Source: Macrostomum lignano (taxonomy: Eukaryota). Taken from it: a stretch of DNA of 64,000 nt. Where the stretch lies: assembly GCA_002269645.1 (NCBI GenBank), contig NIVC01001462.1, positions 62,001 to 126,000 of the forward strand, in the 5' to 3' direction. Shown one piece after another: positions 38,289 through 49,271 of this stretch. A program made the translations under genes and the position numbers. The notes under the pieces were generated by a model. It did not search any database. It was not told where the DNA came from and saw only the letters and a program-made list of their open reading frames with translations. Every line of letters begins with the position of its first letter. Position 1 is the stretch's first letter.

Positions 38289-39605
38289 CTGGGTGAACAC
38301 TTAAAATCTGGATTTTCCGAGTTTAGGCCATAGACAGCGGCTGCTAGCTGCTATGAAGCCAGAAACTTACTGAGATGCTCTCACACTCACTAGCTATCAG
38401 TTCTGCAGCAGCAAAACTAGCAGCTCAAACCCTAACGAGCCATGCTGTCACTTAACGAAGAGCAGCGCAGACGCCTGGTCGTACAGTACAAAACTGAGCA
38501 CCCCGGACAGAGCAACCATGCCATTGCTAAGTACTTCGCTGAGGTTGGGGTGGCACGCTCCACAGTCTACGCCATTCTGAATCGTTACGAAGAAGGCGGC
38601 AAAGAATCTGTGCTGCGCAGTGCTGGTTCAGGCTGCCACAGGACGGAGCTCAAGGTCACGAACGCGGAAGTGAAGAACATCGTGAAGGACCCGCAACGAG
38701 GACTGTCGCAGCGGGAGATCGCGCGCAAGTTTGACATCAGCCAAGCTTATGTGGGGAAAATTCTTCAGGAAAATGGCCTGAAAGCTTATAAGAAGGAGAA
38801 AGTACCGGAGAGAGCGAGAGAGACAGCAGGTGCGTGTTGGCAGACTGTACCGAACCATCTTGGACGGACGCGGAGGCGACTTGGATTTCGTTATCGATGA
38901 TGAGTCGTACTTCCACATGTCCAGCCAAACGATTCCTGGCAACAGCTTCTACTATGCCACTGCACGCGGCGACGCTCCTGTTGAGAAGCGCGTTTCACCT
39001 CAAAAGAAGTTCGGCGACAAGATCCTGGTGTGGCTGGCCATCAGCAGGCATGGGGCTTCGCGAGTGTACATGTGTCACTCCAAGACGATGAACAAGGAGC
39101 TGTACGCAAACGAGTGCATTCGCAAGCGGCTGGTGCCATTTCTCAATGAGCAGCACAGCGATGGAAATTACCTGTTCTGGCCAGATCTGGCCTCCTGCCA
39201 TTACGCCAAGGACGTGATCGAGGTGTTCCAGCAGCTGGACATCAACTTTGTCTCGAAGGAGCAGAATCCTCCCTGCGTGCCTCACCTTCGTCCAATCGAG
39301 CACTTTTGGGGCATTTTGAAGCAGCAGGTGTACTATCATAGTTGGCAGGCTCAGACACTTCAGCAGCTGGAGAACAGAATCAAGAAATGCCTGAGGGAGA
39401 TGGACTGGTCCGTTGTACATCACATGATGGGACAGGTCAAGTCGCAGATTCGCAGGGCGCGCGCTGATGGCTTTTAATCGGCTTATTGTTAACTCTATGA
39501 TGATTCCTGTTTCTTGTTGAATACTTCCCCGTTAAAAAGTTTGGTTATCCTGTTTATAACGCCACGAAATATAAAAATTTAGAGACGTCCAGATTTTAAG
39601 TGTTA
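38289..39605 (+). mobile_element. IS630-Tc1-mariner element, DD37E type, transposase 38442-39477 with one frameshift near 38810-38830
   Basis: TA|CTGGGTGAACACTTAAAATCTGGA left TIR; TCCAGATTTTAAGTGTT right TIR lacking the last 7 bp; VIDDESYF, FWPDLASCH, RPIEHFWG with 37 residues between the 2nd D and E. Confidence 0.92.
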
Positions 39606-39861
39606 GGCTTAAAAGTGTTAAGTGTTATACGATAGGCTATTATAGGACCAAACAGCTTAGACAACTAATAATAAAATACGTTTTTAACAAGATCAATTCA
39701 CAGTCTCTAGAACGATGCGGGACTGTATATTATAATGATACAACATTAAGACGTTTATGTTTTTTGTTTGTTTCTCTTTCTCTAATCATTTTTAAGTCCA
39801 TCATCTATTGGGCGCAATCTCGTCGCTAAAAATGTTAACTTTATCGAACATGCACAATCTC

Positions 39862-40779
39862 CTACTGACGACTGAAGCCAAGTAGTATGAGAAAGATGTA
39901 GACAACATCCACGTAGATCTGCATAGCTCCGTAGACGTACTCCTCCTCGGATAGATCGTGCCTACGACCGCCGACAACGCGCTGGGTGTCGAAGATGAGG
40001 AACAGCACGAACAGCAGCGCCAGCAGGCCGCCATAGACGCAGTCAAGAATCTTGGCGGTCATTGAGAAATTCGGATCGCCCCTGTACACAAAGAAGGTGA
40101 CCAAGCAGGACAGTCCGAACAGGAACACCACCAGGCTAAAACCGAACAGCAAGCCGCTGCACATGGTGAAGTCGTAGCGAGTCTGCACAGCGAATAGGGT
40201 GACGCCAAGGCACACGGCGGCGGTGACGCCAAGGCACACGGCCACCGTGTTAGTCTGATAGCACGAAGCAATAACTCCAGTCATGAAGGACAAGCTAGCC
40301 GTGAAGATGGCCAAAGAAATAAAATTGCCAGGAAATTTACGACGCAGCGGTGTAATGCAGACCAGAGCAAAGTACATGATAATAAAGATTCCATAGGACA
40401 CGTGGAACAGCCACAGATTGGATCTGGCAAATTGTTTCACAGGTTTCACAGCCGAGAAAATGATCACAACAGTGAAGGTGACCAACAGTTGCGCAAACAG
40501 TATCAGATAGACTTTGCGGATGAAGCCACGCCGGATCTCTTTATTGTCGAGGCCGCGGATAGCGAATTCGCCAACTTCATTGGTGGCGCCAGATTCCACA
40601 TCACCAGTAGATCCAGGCTGGTTACTAAAGCCTTCATTTTTTATGCCCCCTGTACCCGAGCCCTGAGCCTGAGCAGCGCCAGCCTTTTGCGGACAGTCAG
40701 TGTAAGCTTCTGCCGGATATGGAGGCGGCTGCACCTCAACTTCATTGGAATAATTTTTCAAAGGCTGATCAGCAGACAT
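39862..40779 (-). CDS. Lifeguard/TMBIM paralog 2, intronless CDS (305 aa)
   Basis: IRRGFIRKVYLILFAQL, RRKFPGNFISLAIFT, QTRYDFT, FDTQRVVGGRRHDLSEEEYVYGAMQIYVDVV. Confidence 0.93.
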   Translation of the reverse strand: MSADQPLKNYSNEVEVQPPPYPAEAYTDCPQKAGAAQAQGSGTGGIKNEGFSNQPGSTGDVESGATNEVGEFAIRGLDNKEIRRGFIRKVYLILFAQLLVTFTVVIIFSAVKPVKQFARSNLWLFHVSYGIFIIMYFALVCITPLRRKFPGNFISLAIFTASLSFMTGVIASCYQTNTVAVCLGVTAAVCLGVTLFAVQTRYDFTMCSGLLFGFSLVVFLFGLSCLVTFFVYRGDPNFSMTAKILDCVYGGLLALLFVLFLIFDTQRVVGGRRHDLSEEEYVYGAMQIYVDVVYIFLILLGFSRQ

Positions 40780-43110
40780 GGTTACAATTGGTTTCAGTGT
40801 TTTTGTTATAACTTTAATCTGTTAGCAATAAGCTGAAGGATAGAATTGGTAAAAATTGGCATGTTAGGTTAGCATGATTAGCAATGTTACTTACTATAAT
40901 TCCTTTTTTTAAGTAGCCTAGCAAAATTGACACAGAGCAACCTCAAAAAAGGATTATTGTTGCCACAGTTTAGCAAAAAGTCAAAAATCCTTTATAACAG
41001 GTTGCTTGATTGCCTGACTAGGGTGGGGGGGGCTGGCTTGACTAAGTATTTTTCTGGTCTCTTGTGTGTGGCCCCTACTCCCATTGCATTGTCGCCCCTC
41101 AGATTAACCAGTAGGTGACACAGGGAGAAGGTGGCTAATGCCCCAACTGATAGCAATCCTAGGCAGTTGTCCCCTATCCATTATTTGCCTGTCACAGCAC
41201 TATACTTGGACTCAACCACAAGGATATCAGGATGGTAGCCATGACCCTCTTAGGCATTTCTACCACTAAGAAAAATACCCATTCTTTTAGTGATGACCTG
41301 TCTTTACTTACCTAGATTACCTAGATGTTTGCTTTAAAGAATTCTACCAGTTAAAGGCTACTAGACAAGCAACTATTTACCTCTACAACTCTTGCATAGG
41401 GGACCAAGTAGCAGACACTAATACTGTCAGATGTCCCTGGAGAAAAAAGCAATAACTACATATGGTTGCCTAGGCTTAATAGAATAGGTGCAACATTTTC
41501 CTATTATATCCAGATGCCTAGAGTATATTGTATCTAAGCCAATGCAAAAGAAAATTAAATTATTTAAATTTATTTTCTTATTTGGTCTTCAACTAGACTA
41601 ATTGCAATGTTAGTGAAAAAGCTGGTTTACCATTATAGAAATTAGAAATCTGTTTCATTATATATCATATAATATATTATCATTTATTTTAAATTTTATA
41701 TTTACATGTATCTATAAAAATAATAACTGTTTCTGTATTTCTTTGCTATATATAGACTCCCAAACAACTTTATTTTTTTACAACAAATTTTGTATCCACC
41801 CTAAACTTACTACAAAAATGTCTTAGGTTACCTTAGAATTTCCTAAGTTTAAGACTTCCATATACTAAAAATTGTCTTCTTACCTAAAAGTGCAAAAAAA
41901 CTGACAAAAAGTGCTATTTTTCACTAAATCCTTCATAGTGCTATTTCACTAACACCAATTATCTTTAAATTTGACACAAATAGTCTTCAACTAGTTAGAC
42001 ACAATTTTGTAAAATTCAAGTCTAAAAGTTAATCCTGATTGATGTTATGTACTTTTGAAGCTAGTTTGCTTTTTGTCATAAAAGCCAACTTAAACTTTGC
42101 TCACATTTACCTTCCTAATCTTGGCCTAGATGTGTAGGAGGTTTTAAAATTGGCTTAAATTTAGCTGCCATAAGTTTGCTCCACATAAAGACTTCAAACT
42201 TGATATAAAATGGGAGAAAAAAGAGGAAAAGGAAAGAGAAAGGAGGAAAGGGTCTAGGATTCTAAGAGATTTTTTGCCTAGCTTACTTTGTTATTATTGA
42301 TCAATAACTCTTCTTTAATCATGGCTAGACACCCTGCTGCAACCACTACCACTACTTTAATCCCTATTGCAGATGCAACTTTAAGCTAACAATGTGCAAT
42401 TTGATTATAATAATAGCCACCAACAAAGTGATAATTTATTAGTTGGCTATGTACCACCTACTGGCCAACCAACAATGCTGTGCCACCTATCCTAGGCAGC
42501 GCACTTGTACTTTTGCCATTGATGCACAAGTTGGCATGTTGGAATCCCACTGTCAATTGACTATTAAGTTGTATTATAAATTTGAATGAGTGCTCAGAGA
42601 GGGGTCAAGGGGCAGAGCCCCCATATACTAACATTAAGAAGTTTTATCAAAATGCTGCACTTATCAAAATAATTGACTATATAAAAGGGCTCCCTCTCTC
42701 TCTGGTATGAATCTGACCAGAGCTGCAGCAGTCAATTGGATAAGGTCTAGGTAGACAAATTAACTTATTTTTTAGGGCTAGCTGTGCACGGAAAGGGGTG
42801 TCAGACAGAGAGGTGCAGCTAAAGGTAGAAAATATTTTATGGCAGATGCAGTAAGGGTCTAGGTGGGTCTAGGGAATGATTGATAATTGATGGCTATAAA
42901 ATGTACCATAAGTGAGACAGCCTGAAAAAGTTTATTAAATTCCACGATAGTATACTGTCTAATTTATCTATCAGTCTTCAGTTCTTATCTCACAATCAGT
43001 TCTCTTATCTCCACAATGCAATGCCAGTTTTATGAGTGTAAAAGGAGCCCCCACCTCTCTAACTTGGAAATTTAAATATACTGCACATTGTTGTTGAGCT
43101 TCTATTTTTA

Positions 43111-43735
43111 CGAGGGGTGCACAAAAAGTCTTGGCAACTGGCTCATAACTTTTTAAATAAACGTTTAAACGTAACCATTTTTTAATCTCATAAATATAAC
43201 CATATTTTGCGTTTGTTCATAAATTTTCAGCTCATTGCATTGATTTTTTTGCTTCCTAGAGCATTTTGATTAATGTACAGTCTCGTTTTCAGCCTTCAAA
43301 TGGAAAATATCACTGCTGATCAGTGGAGATTTTATGTTTTCATGCAATCGCAGCTCGGAGAAAACGCCACCAAAATTCATGCCGAGCTAGTCCAAGTTGT
43401 AGCAGATCAAGCCCCTTTGTACCGCACTGTTGCCCATTGGATTGAACAGGTCAGTGCTGGTTGACGCTTCATGACCGACAGCCCTCATTTTGGGAGGCCA
43501 ATGACATCCGTGACCGAGCAGAACATTGTTGCTGTGCGACAGCTGGTGGATGAAGATTGCAATATCACTGTTGCACTACTTAGCCAGACAATCGGCATTT
43601 CTGATGGCAGTGTCCGAACCATCTTGCATGACCATCTTGGCCTCCGCAAGGTCACGGCCCGTTGGGTACCTCATGCACTGACAGCAGAGCAGAAGCAGGA
43701 GAGGGTTCGATGCAGCCAAGAATTTCTGCGATGCT
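43111..43735 (+). mobile_element. 5' half of a mariner element (pseudogenised)
   Basis: TA|CGAGGGGTGCACAAAAAGT TIR; HTH region and LRKVTARWVPHALTAEQK; stop at 43462 (likely CGA>TGA); catalytic domain missing. Confidence 0.88.
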
Positions 43736-44183
43736 TGAAACTACATGAAGCTAGCGTTGCTGTCGAGACAATTGCAAAGGCAACGGGGCACAAGGTAAGT
43801 CAAACTAAATAAAATGAGTTTATGCATATTTTTTGTAAATTAAAATCATATGCAATATATGAGTGTACATGTGTATTGTGTACACTACTTCACTATTTCT
43901 TTATAAAAATGCTTCCTTCTGCAGGTCAGCACTTCAGTTGAGCGCCACATCCATTAGGGGAAAAAGAGAGAGAGCAAAATGGCATAGATCAGCACCTGCC
44001 TAATGGAGTCACTTGCCAGTCAAATGGCTGGCTTCTCAAGCCCTTTATCTATGCCATTGGTGGCCACCAGAGAAGCTGGTGACACGGAAAAGATTCAAAA
44101 CCAAGCTGATGGTCACAAGACAATGAAAATAGTTGCTCATGAGTCATGGGGACACCAATGTAGTTGAGATTCACTTTAACTAG
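43736..44183 (+). pseudogene. Possible spliced Crypton-type tyrosine recombinase C-terminus, decayed
   Basis: KLHEASVAVETIAKATGHK|gtaagt...ttctgcag|VSTSVERHIH*GKKRESKMA*IS resembles the YR box-II TGH(K/R)S..S...YI motif; weak. Confidence 0.35.
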
Positions 44184-44560
44184 CAGGACTGCATTTATAT
44201 TTTCTTATGAAATCCATTTGTTAATTTTCAGTTTCAATGCTGGGAAAACCTGGAAAATGAAATTTAACTTAGCATAGACACCCTGTAATGGCATTTGTTT
44301 ATTTTTTAATTTGGTTTTATAAAACATTTAAATAAACTGTTTCTGAAAAGCTTTTGACATGTTACTACTGAACATCTTGAATAAATTGCATGAATAAAGC
44401 TTGTGCAGGAATGATATCCTGCATGCATAAGTGTGCAAGAATGAAATCTTGCATGCATGGTCAACCGACAATGTAGCTACCAAAATAGGAAAATGGTCAT
44501 TTCACTGATAGCTGCTACTAGGCATGCTTTCAATGCTAGACATAAGCATTAATCCAAAAG

Positions 44561-45100
44561 GGATCCTTCTTTGAGGCCAGTCATTTGCCTATGACCTAGC
44601 TAATCAACCTTATTTACTAGTGGGCTATGTATGCCAAGTAGGAAAATACTTGGCAGCGTTGCAAAAACATTGCTATTTAGACAATTGTGGACTAGCAAAA
44701 CTTCATCCAGGATATCTGCAGTTAGTACAAGACTACAATACTATCTACTACAGCTAAAAGAGCCTACTGTTGATATTAGAATTAATAAAAGCTATTTCTT
44801 TCACTACAGGAACTACCAAGACTAGTATTTACCATGTTAATAGGTTTCAGGGATAATTGAAAGGGGCTCTAACCATTGTATATATGATGATGGCTATATT
44901 GGATCATAGTGCAACCAATATCCTGCCACTTGTGCAATAGTATATTTTATCTAGGTTGCACATCATCACAGACAAGTGGTAGGCTTATAACTAGCTACCC
45001 AACCACTTGACTATAAATCATTGACTAAACTTCAAATTGATCTTACCAACCTAGATGTCATACAAACAACATAGAGAGCAAATAGGCCCATACTAAGGCT
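44561..45100 (+). pseudogene. Decayed Merlin/IS1595-family DDE transposase
   Basis: GSFFEASHLPMT*LINLIY*WA; INKS for IDES; *VSGIIERG for WVFGIIERG; DHSATNILPLVQ*YI...IITDKW*AYN*L; NH*LNF; HTNNIESK*. Confidence 0.85.
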
Positions 45101-46599
45101 TGCTTCAAGGCCATGCATGGAACTTCAAGGCCCTTTTCAATATGGATGCTGACCAATTTGGCAACAAATAAATTTGGTAACAGAAATTCAAAATGGACCA
45201 ATTCAGTCAAAGCAAATTTGGCAAAAATCTAGGCAAATTTAGTGATAATTAATGAAAGAAAAAATGGTATATAATTTGGATAATTCCTTTAATACAATTG
45301 TATTCTTAAATACATATTAGCTTTCCCTTGTCATTAAGTTTTTTATAGATTATTTATCCTTGTGAGTTTTAAAAGTCCTTTCCAAAAATGTTTGCTAATT
45401 TAAGGTTGGATGACATTGTAAGCAAAAATGTTTGGGACTTGAAAAACAATTTTCTTGTATGCCTAATAAGGTCTTTCTATTGGTTACAATGTTGGAAAAA
45501 GGGATTTGCAAAAATATGCCATGCAGAGAAAAATGACAAAATTAAAAAATGTCAAATGTCTCTTATTGTATGTACCACTATATTCTTGATGTGAAATGTC
45601 CAATTTAACAATACTTTTTTTGGTTAAACTTTATAAACTTTCATGAGCATTTTAAGAAAGCCTTTATTTCATATAATTTGTTTTAACTTGTCTTTAACTA
45701 TTGTAAAAGGCCCTTCTTGTTTTATGTACAAAATCATCTATCTATACTTATTTCAAACTTGCATAAAACAAAAAAAAATTTTGTTTTAATATTTGTATTT
45801 TTAGAAATATTTTTCCATTTTTTTGTTTTAAACAACAATGAAAGCTAATATAAATAGACAAGTTTTGGAGCCAGAAGAGGCAACTTGGTTTGCAGACTCA
45901 AGTCTCAAAGCAAGCATTAATAATAGTGAACATATAACAGTGAGTTTTCAAGAAATATTTAAGAAGTGTTTTTCAAGTTAATTATTTGCAGAGTAGAGTA
46001 AAATAGACCAAAGCATCTATAGTATATACTACTGAGAGGTAAAGTAGTAGAAGGAAACAAAGTAGATCTTAAATCAATATAGATAAAAATAACTAGAGGC
46101 TATGACCCTCTGATCTCAATAATGCCTAGGATTAGAAATACATGCAATACATATACCAATAGACCAATATACCACACAGGCCAAATTACTAGTAGAATGC
46201 TACCAGAATAATAGTAATTGCTACCAGAATAATAAAGAAAAATACTTGAAAGGGCTATATAGTATTCTAAGAATAATTTATAAACCAAATACTCACACTA
46301 ATACTTAGATAAATACCTAGACAAATACTTAGAGATATACTTAGACTAATTCTAAGAAAAATTTCTTAGACTTATTCTAAGATTGATAAACTTATCATTT
46401 ATTCATAGAATAGTCTTGGTGATTGGTGAAAGCTTGGTGAAAGCTACCAACATTAAGACATTTTATATAGAACAAAGTATAGCCTTAGTACAACTCAGTA
46501 ATAGCTTTAGGACAATTCATAAAGACAAAGGAATAACCCCTAGCATGTGTGGGTTCCCCAACAGATATTTTTTCTTTGAATTAATAATTCAAACAAAAA

Positions 46600-46830
46600 A
46601 TGAATTCATGTTACGGGATACATTCCTTACTCTGACGCCATATTCAGCTTTAAAAATTTGTAAGCAGAAGTTTTATGTCCCAAAGGAAAAAACATTGGCA
46701 CAAATGCAAAGTATGTCAAAAGACAAATTTATTTGGCATCCCTTACAAACACATTTTTGAAGCAAATATCTTAGGAAATACAATATGAAAGGCAATGTGT
46801 CTAAGATGTCATTGCAAAGCTGAGATATGC
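46600..46830 (+). pseudogene. Decayed MULE/Mutator-type SWIM zinc-finger region
   Basis: LTLTPYSALKICKQ, then frameshifted HKCKVCQKTNLFGIPYKHIF (CxC...GIPCxH with TGC>TAC). Confidence 0.55.
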
Positions 46831-47100
46831 ATCAAGAATTGATAAAAGTTTTAGAGCAAATGATTGAACCATTGTGATGCAGCAATAAATCAAAGTTTTG
46901 GTTGATCTTGGTTGAAGATCCTTGATCAACAAAAAGTAAATTATACTAATAATAGTAATATTATGTGGTAACTTAAGTTAGACTTGGTTTTACTCTGCTT
47001 TAGGCCTATACCTAGACTAGGGCATAGACCTAGACTTAAACCTTTTTATTTTGGTCAAAGTAGGCCTAGGCCCTACTGATCCCTATTGCAGCCAAGGTCT

Positions 47101-47325
47101 GAACCGCGCCGGACGCCCCCCTTTCCCGCGCCAGACATCTACCCGTACTGCGCCAGGGCCAGTCCCCAGGATCAGTGATTTGGTTCAATTAGTCAGTCAA
47201 TGGCTCGCCGCGCGCTGCGCGCCGCCGCCACACACCACGCCACCGCGCGCCGCCGCCACGCGCCGCGCCGCCGCCGCGCGCCGCGCCGCCACCAGTCCAA
47301 TCCGCGCCGGACGCCGTCCACGAAA
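47101..47325. promoter_or_regulatory. Isolated CpG island with CCAAT/ATTGG boxes; candidate promoter
   Basis: About 40 CpG in ~220 bp inside a CpG-free block; CCAAT at ~47297 and ATTGG at ~47333 and ~47374. Confidence 0.5.
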
Positions 47326-47430
47326 ATGGCCATTGGCTGCAATAGGGCTACTGATTGCTTAGGCCCTATGCTTATTGGCTTGCCTAAATTCATAAATTGC
47401 TATAAACTAATGTAATATAACTCTTAAGAC

Positions 47431-47548
47431 GGCTATCCTGTAGTTTCGCACATTAAATTATTACCCCCACCCCCCACCACCCTTGAAGTTGAATAGAGGG
47501 CGAAATAATTCCGTAAAATAATTTAACGTGCGAAACTACAGGATAGCC
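47431..47548. mobile_element. 118-bp MITE, ~30-bp TIRs, 8-bp TSD (Merlin- or hAT-like)
   Basis: GGCTATCCTGTAGTTTCGCACATTAAATTA ... TAATTTAACGTGCGAAACTACAGGATAGCC; CTTAAGAC at 47423-47430 and 47549-47556. Confidence 0.88.
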
Positions 47549-48285
47549 CTTAAGACTAAGTATATTGTAAGTGTAGCCTTGGCCTACTTCTTGGCCTTGC
47601 CAAACAAAGTCTAAACAGTCAAATAGGGCCTAGGCCTAGACCTATGCCAATAGACCTAGACTTAGCCTAGCTATAGGCTAGGCAGTTGTCAGTTGATCAT
47701 TAGTTAGATCAAATTGTACTTTGTAGGCCTAGGACTTATAAGAAGTAGCTAGCCTGACTAGACTTAAATAAGAGTTTTTCTTAGTTAAGGCCTACCATAC
47801 CAGTCTATCAATAATAAAACGGTGTGTCCTAGCCAAGGTCCAAGTCCAACATTGCCTAGGCAGCCTAGTATTACCTACAAATACGATGTCTGATGATACA
47901 CACTACACAGAATTAGAACTATAATTTTGCATAGGAGTTGTATAACTAACAACGTTATAGGCATAAACGTTAAAATTTAGGTCCTTTAAACATGTGAGTT
48001 ATTTTGTCACTCAAGTATTCTTCAAATATTTACAGATCCTGGTCGGCCTGGCTTGGGTCAATTATTAACTTTGGATAATTATTTTTACCTAAATTAAATT
48101 GAGCTTCAAGCTGCATTTTTTGTTCTTTGAAAGCTCCATATTTTATTTCTATTTTTAAGTTGTCGTTCATGAATATAAAACATTATAACGTCTGTTTTTT
48201 TTAATTTTTGCAGTTTCTGTTATAATTTGTATACTTTCTTAGAAAGTTTGAAATTCTTTCTTAGAAAGAAACCTTAAAAATTGGC

Positions 48286-49256
48286 CACCGGATCCGATGT
48301 TGACTTTCGTCACCTCTCTCACCTCATTATAGTAAGGGTAGGGGCCTAGGGTAGACACAAATATTTTAATCTGTAAAATGTTGGAAAGATTAACTTTTGC
48401 TGACACAGTTCGACTAGTGTTTTTGACTCAAATTGTCTGAAAGGGTATATTTTTTCAAACAGATGACCATGTGTATAATAATTTGTCCATTTTTGCAAAT
48501 TAATAGACATGATTGCTTAGACTAGGCAAGAGACAGAGACTGAGACTACTTGCAATTGCAGTGTGTCAGTGTATAGGCGAGTAGCTACAGTTGTGTTGCA
48601 CATCGTTTGCTTTAATTGATATTGATGTTAGCTGGCATTTTGTTTTGTCTAATCATGCCCTAGTCTTTGATTTTATATTGATTTGTCTAGGCCTACCATA
48701 AGCCTAGTTTGAAGGGAAAATGTATGCCTGGATTTCCCAGCATACGATACAACAAGGGTCTTACCATTTTCAATATATATCAGGGTATATCCCGATGTAC
48801 ATGACAGCGGACACATTGTGTCAAAGACAAATGACACATTTTTGTATTGGCATATCAACCTGGTATAGGCCTACAAATCAAATGAGGTTTTGTTATGTTT
48901 TCCAGCATTAAACCCAGTTTCATTCTATATTCAATTCAAAGTGACAAAATGAAAGAACATACAAAAGCAATAAATATAATCTAATAGCTAAAGCATAGGC
49001 AGGAATCTAATTTATTATACTTTTAGGACTTAATATAATTTTACTTCATTTGAAGTCTATAGCAGTTTTTTTAGGTGTTTTGTAGTCCATTGTGGTCCAT
49101 TGCATCCATTGCAGTGTTTACATGGACTATAAGACAATGGCTAGCCAGATTTCTAGTATTGAAACCTATTTTCTAATGCTAATAGCTATGGATCTAGCAC
49201 TAGAAATGGTAGGCCTATTCTAGCAGTGCAATTTATATATAATAAAGTAAAAACTT
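48286..49256. repeat. Long direct repeat copy 1 (971 bp)
   Basis: Nearly identical to 52548-53512 (two substitutions and one 6-bp indel seen). Confidence 0.95.
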
Positions 49257-49271
49257 GTCAAGCTAGGAACA

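Noticed and set aside
41280-41330. FSDDLSLL as a decayed RT (F/Y)xDD motif
   Set aside because: Single short motif with no supporting flanking RT blocks.
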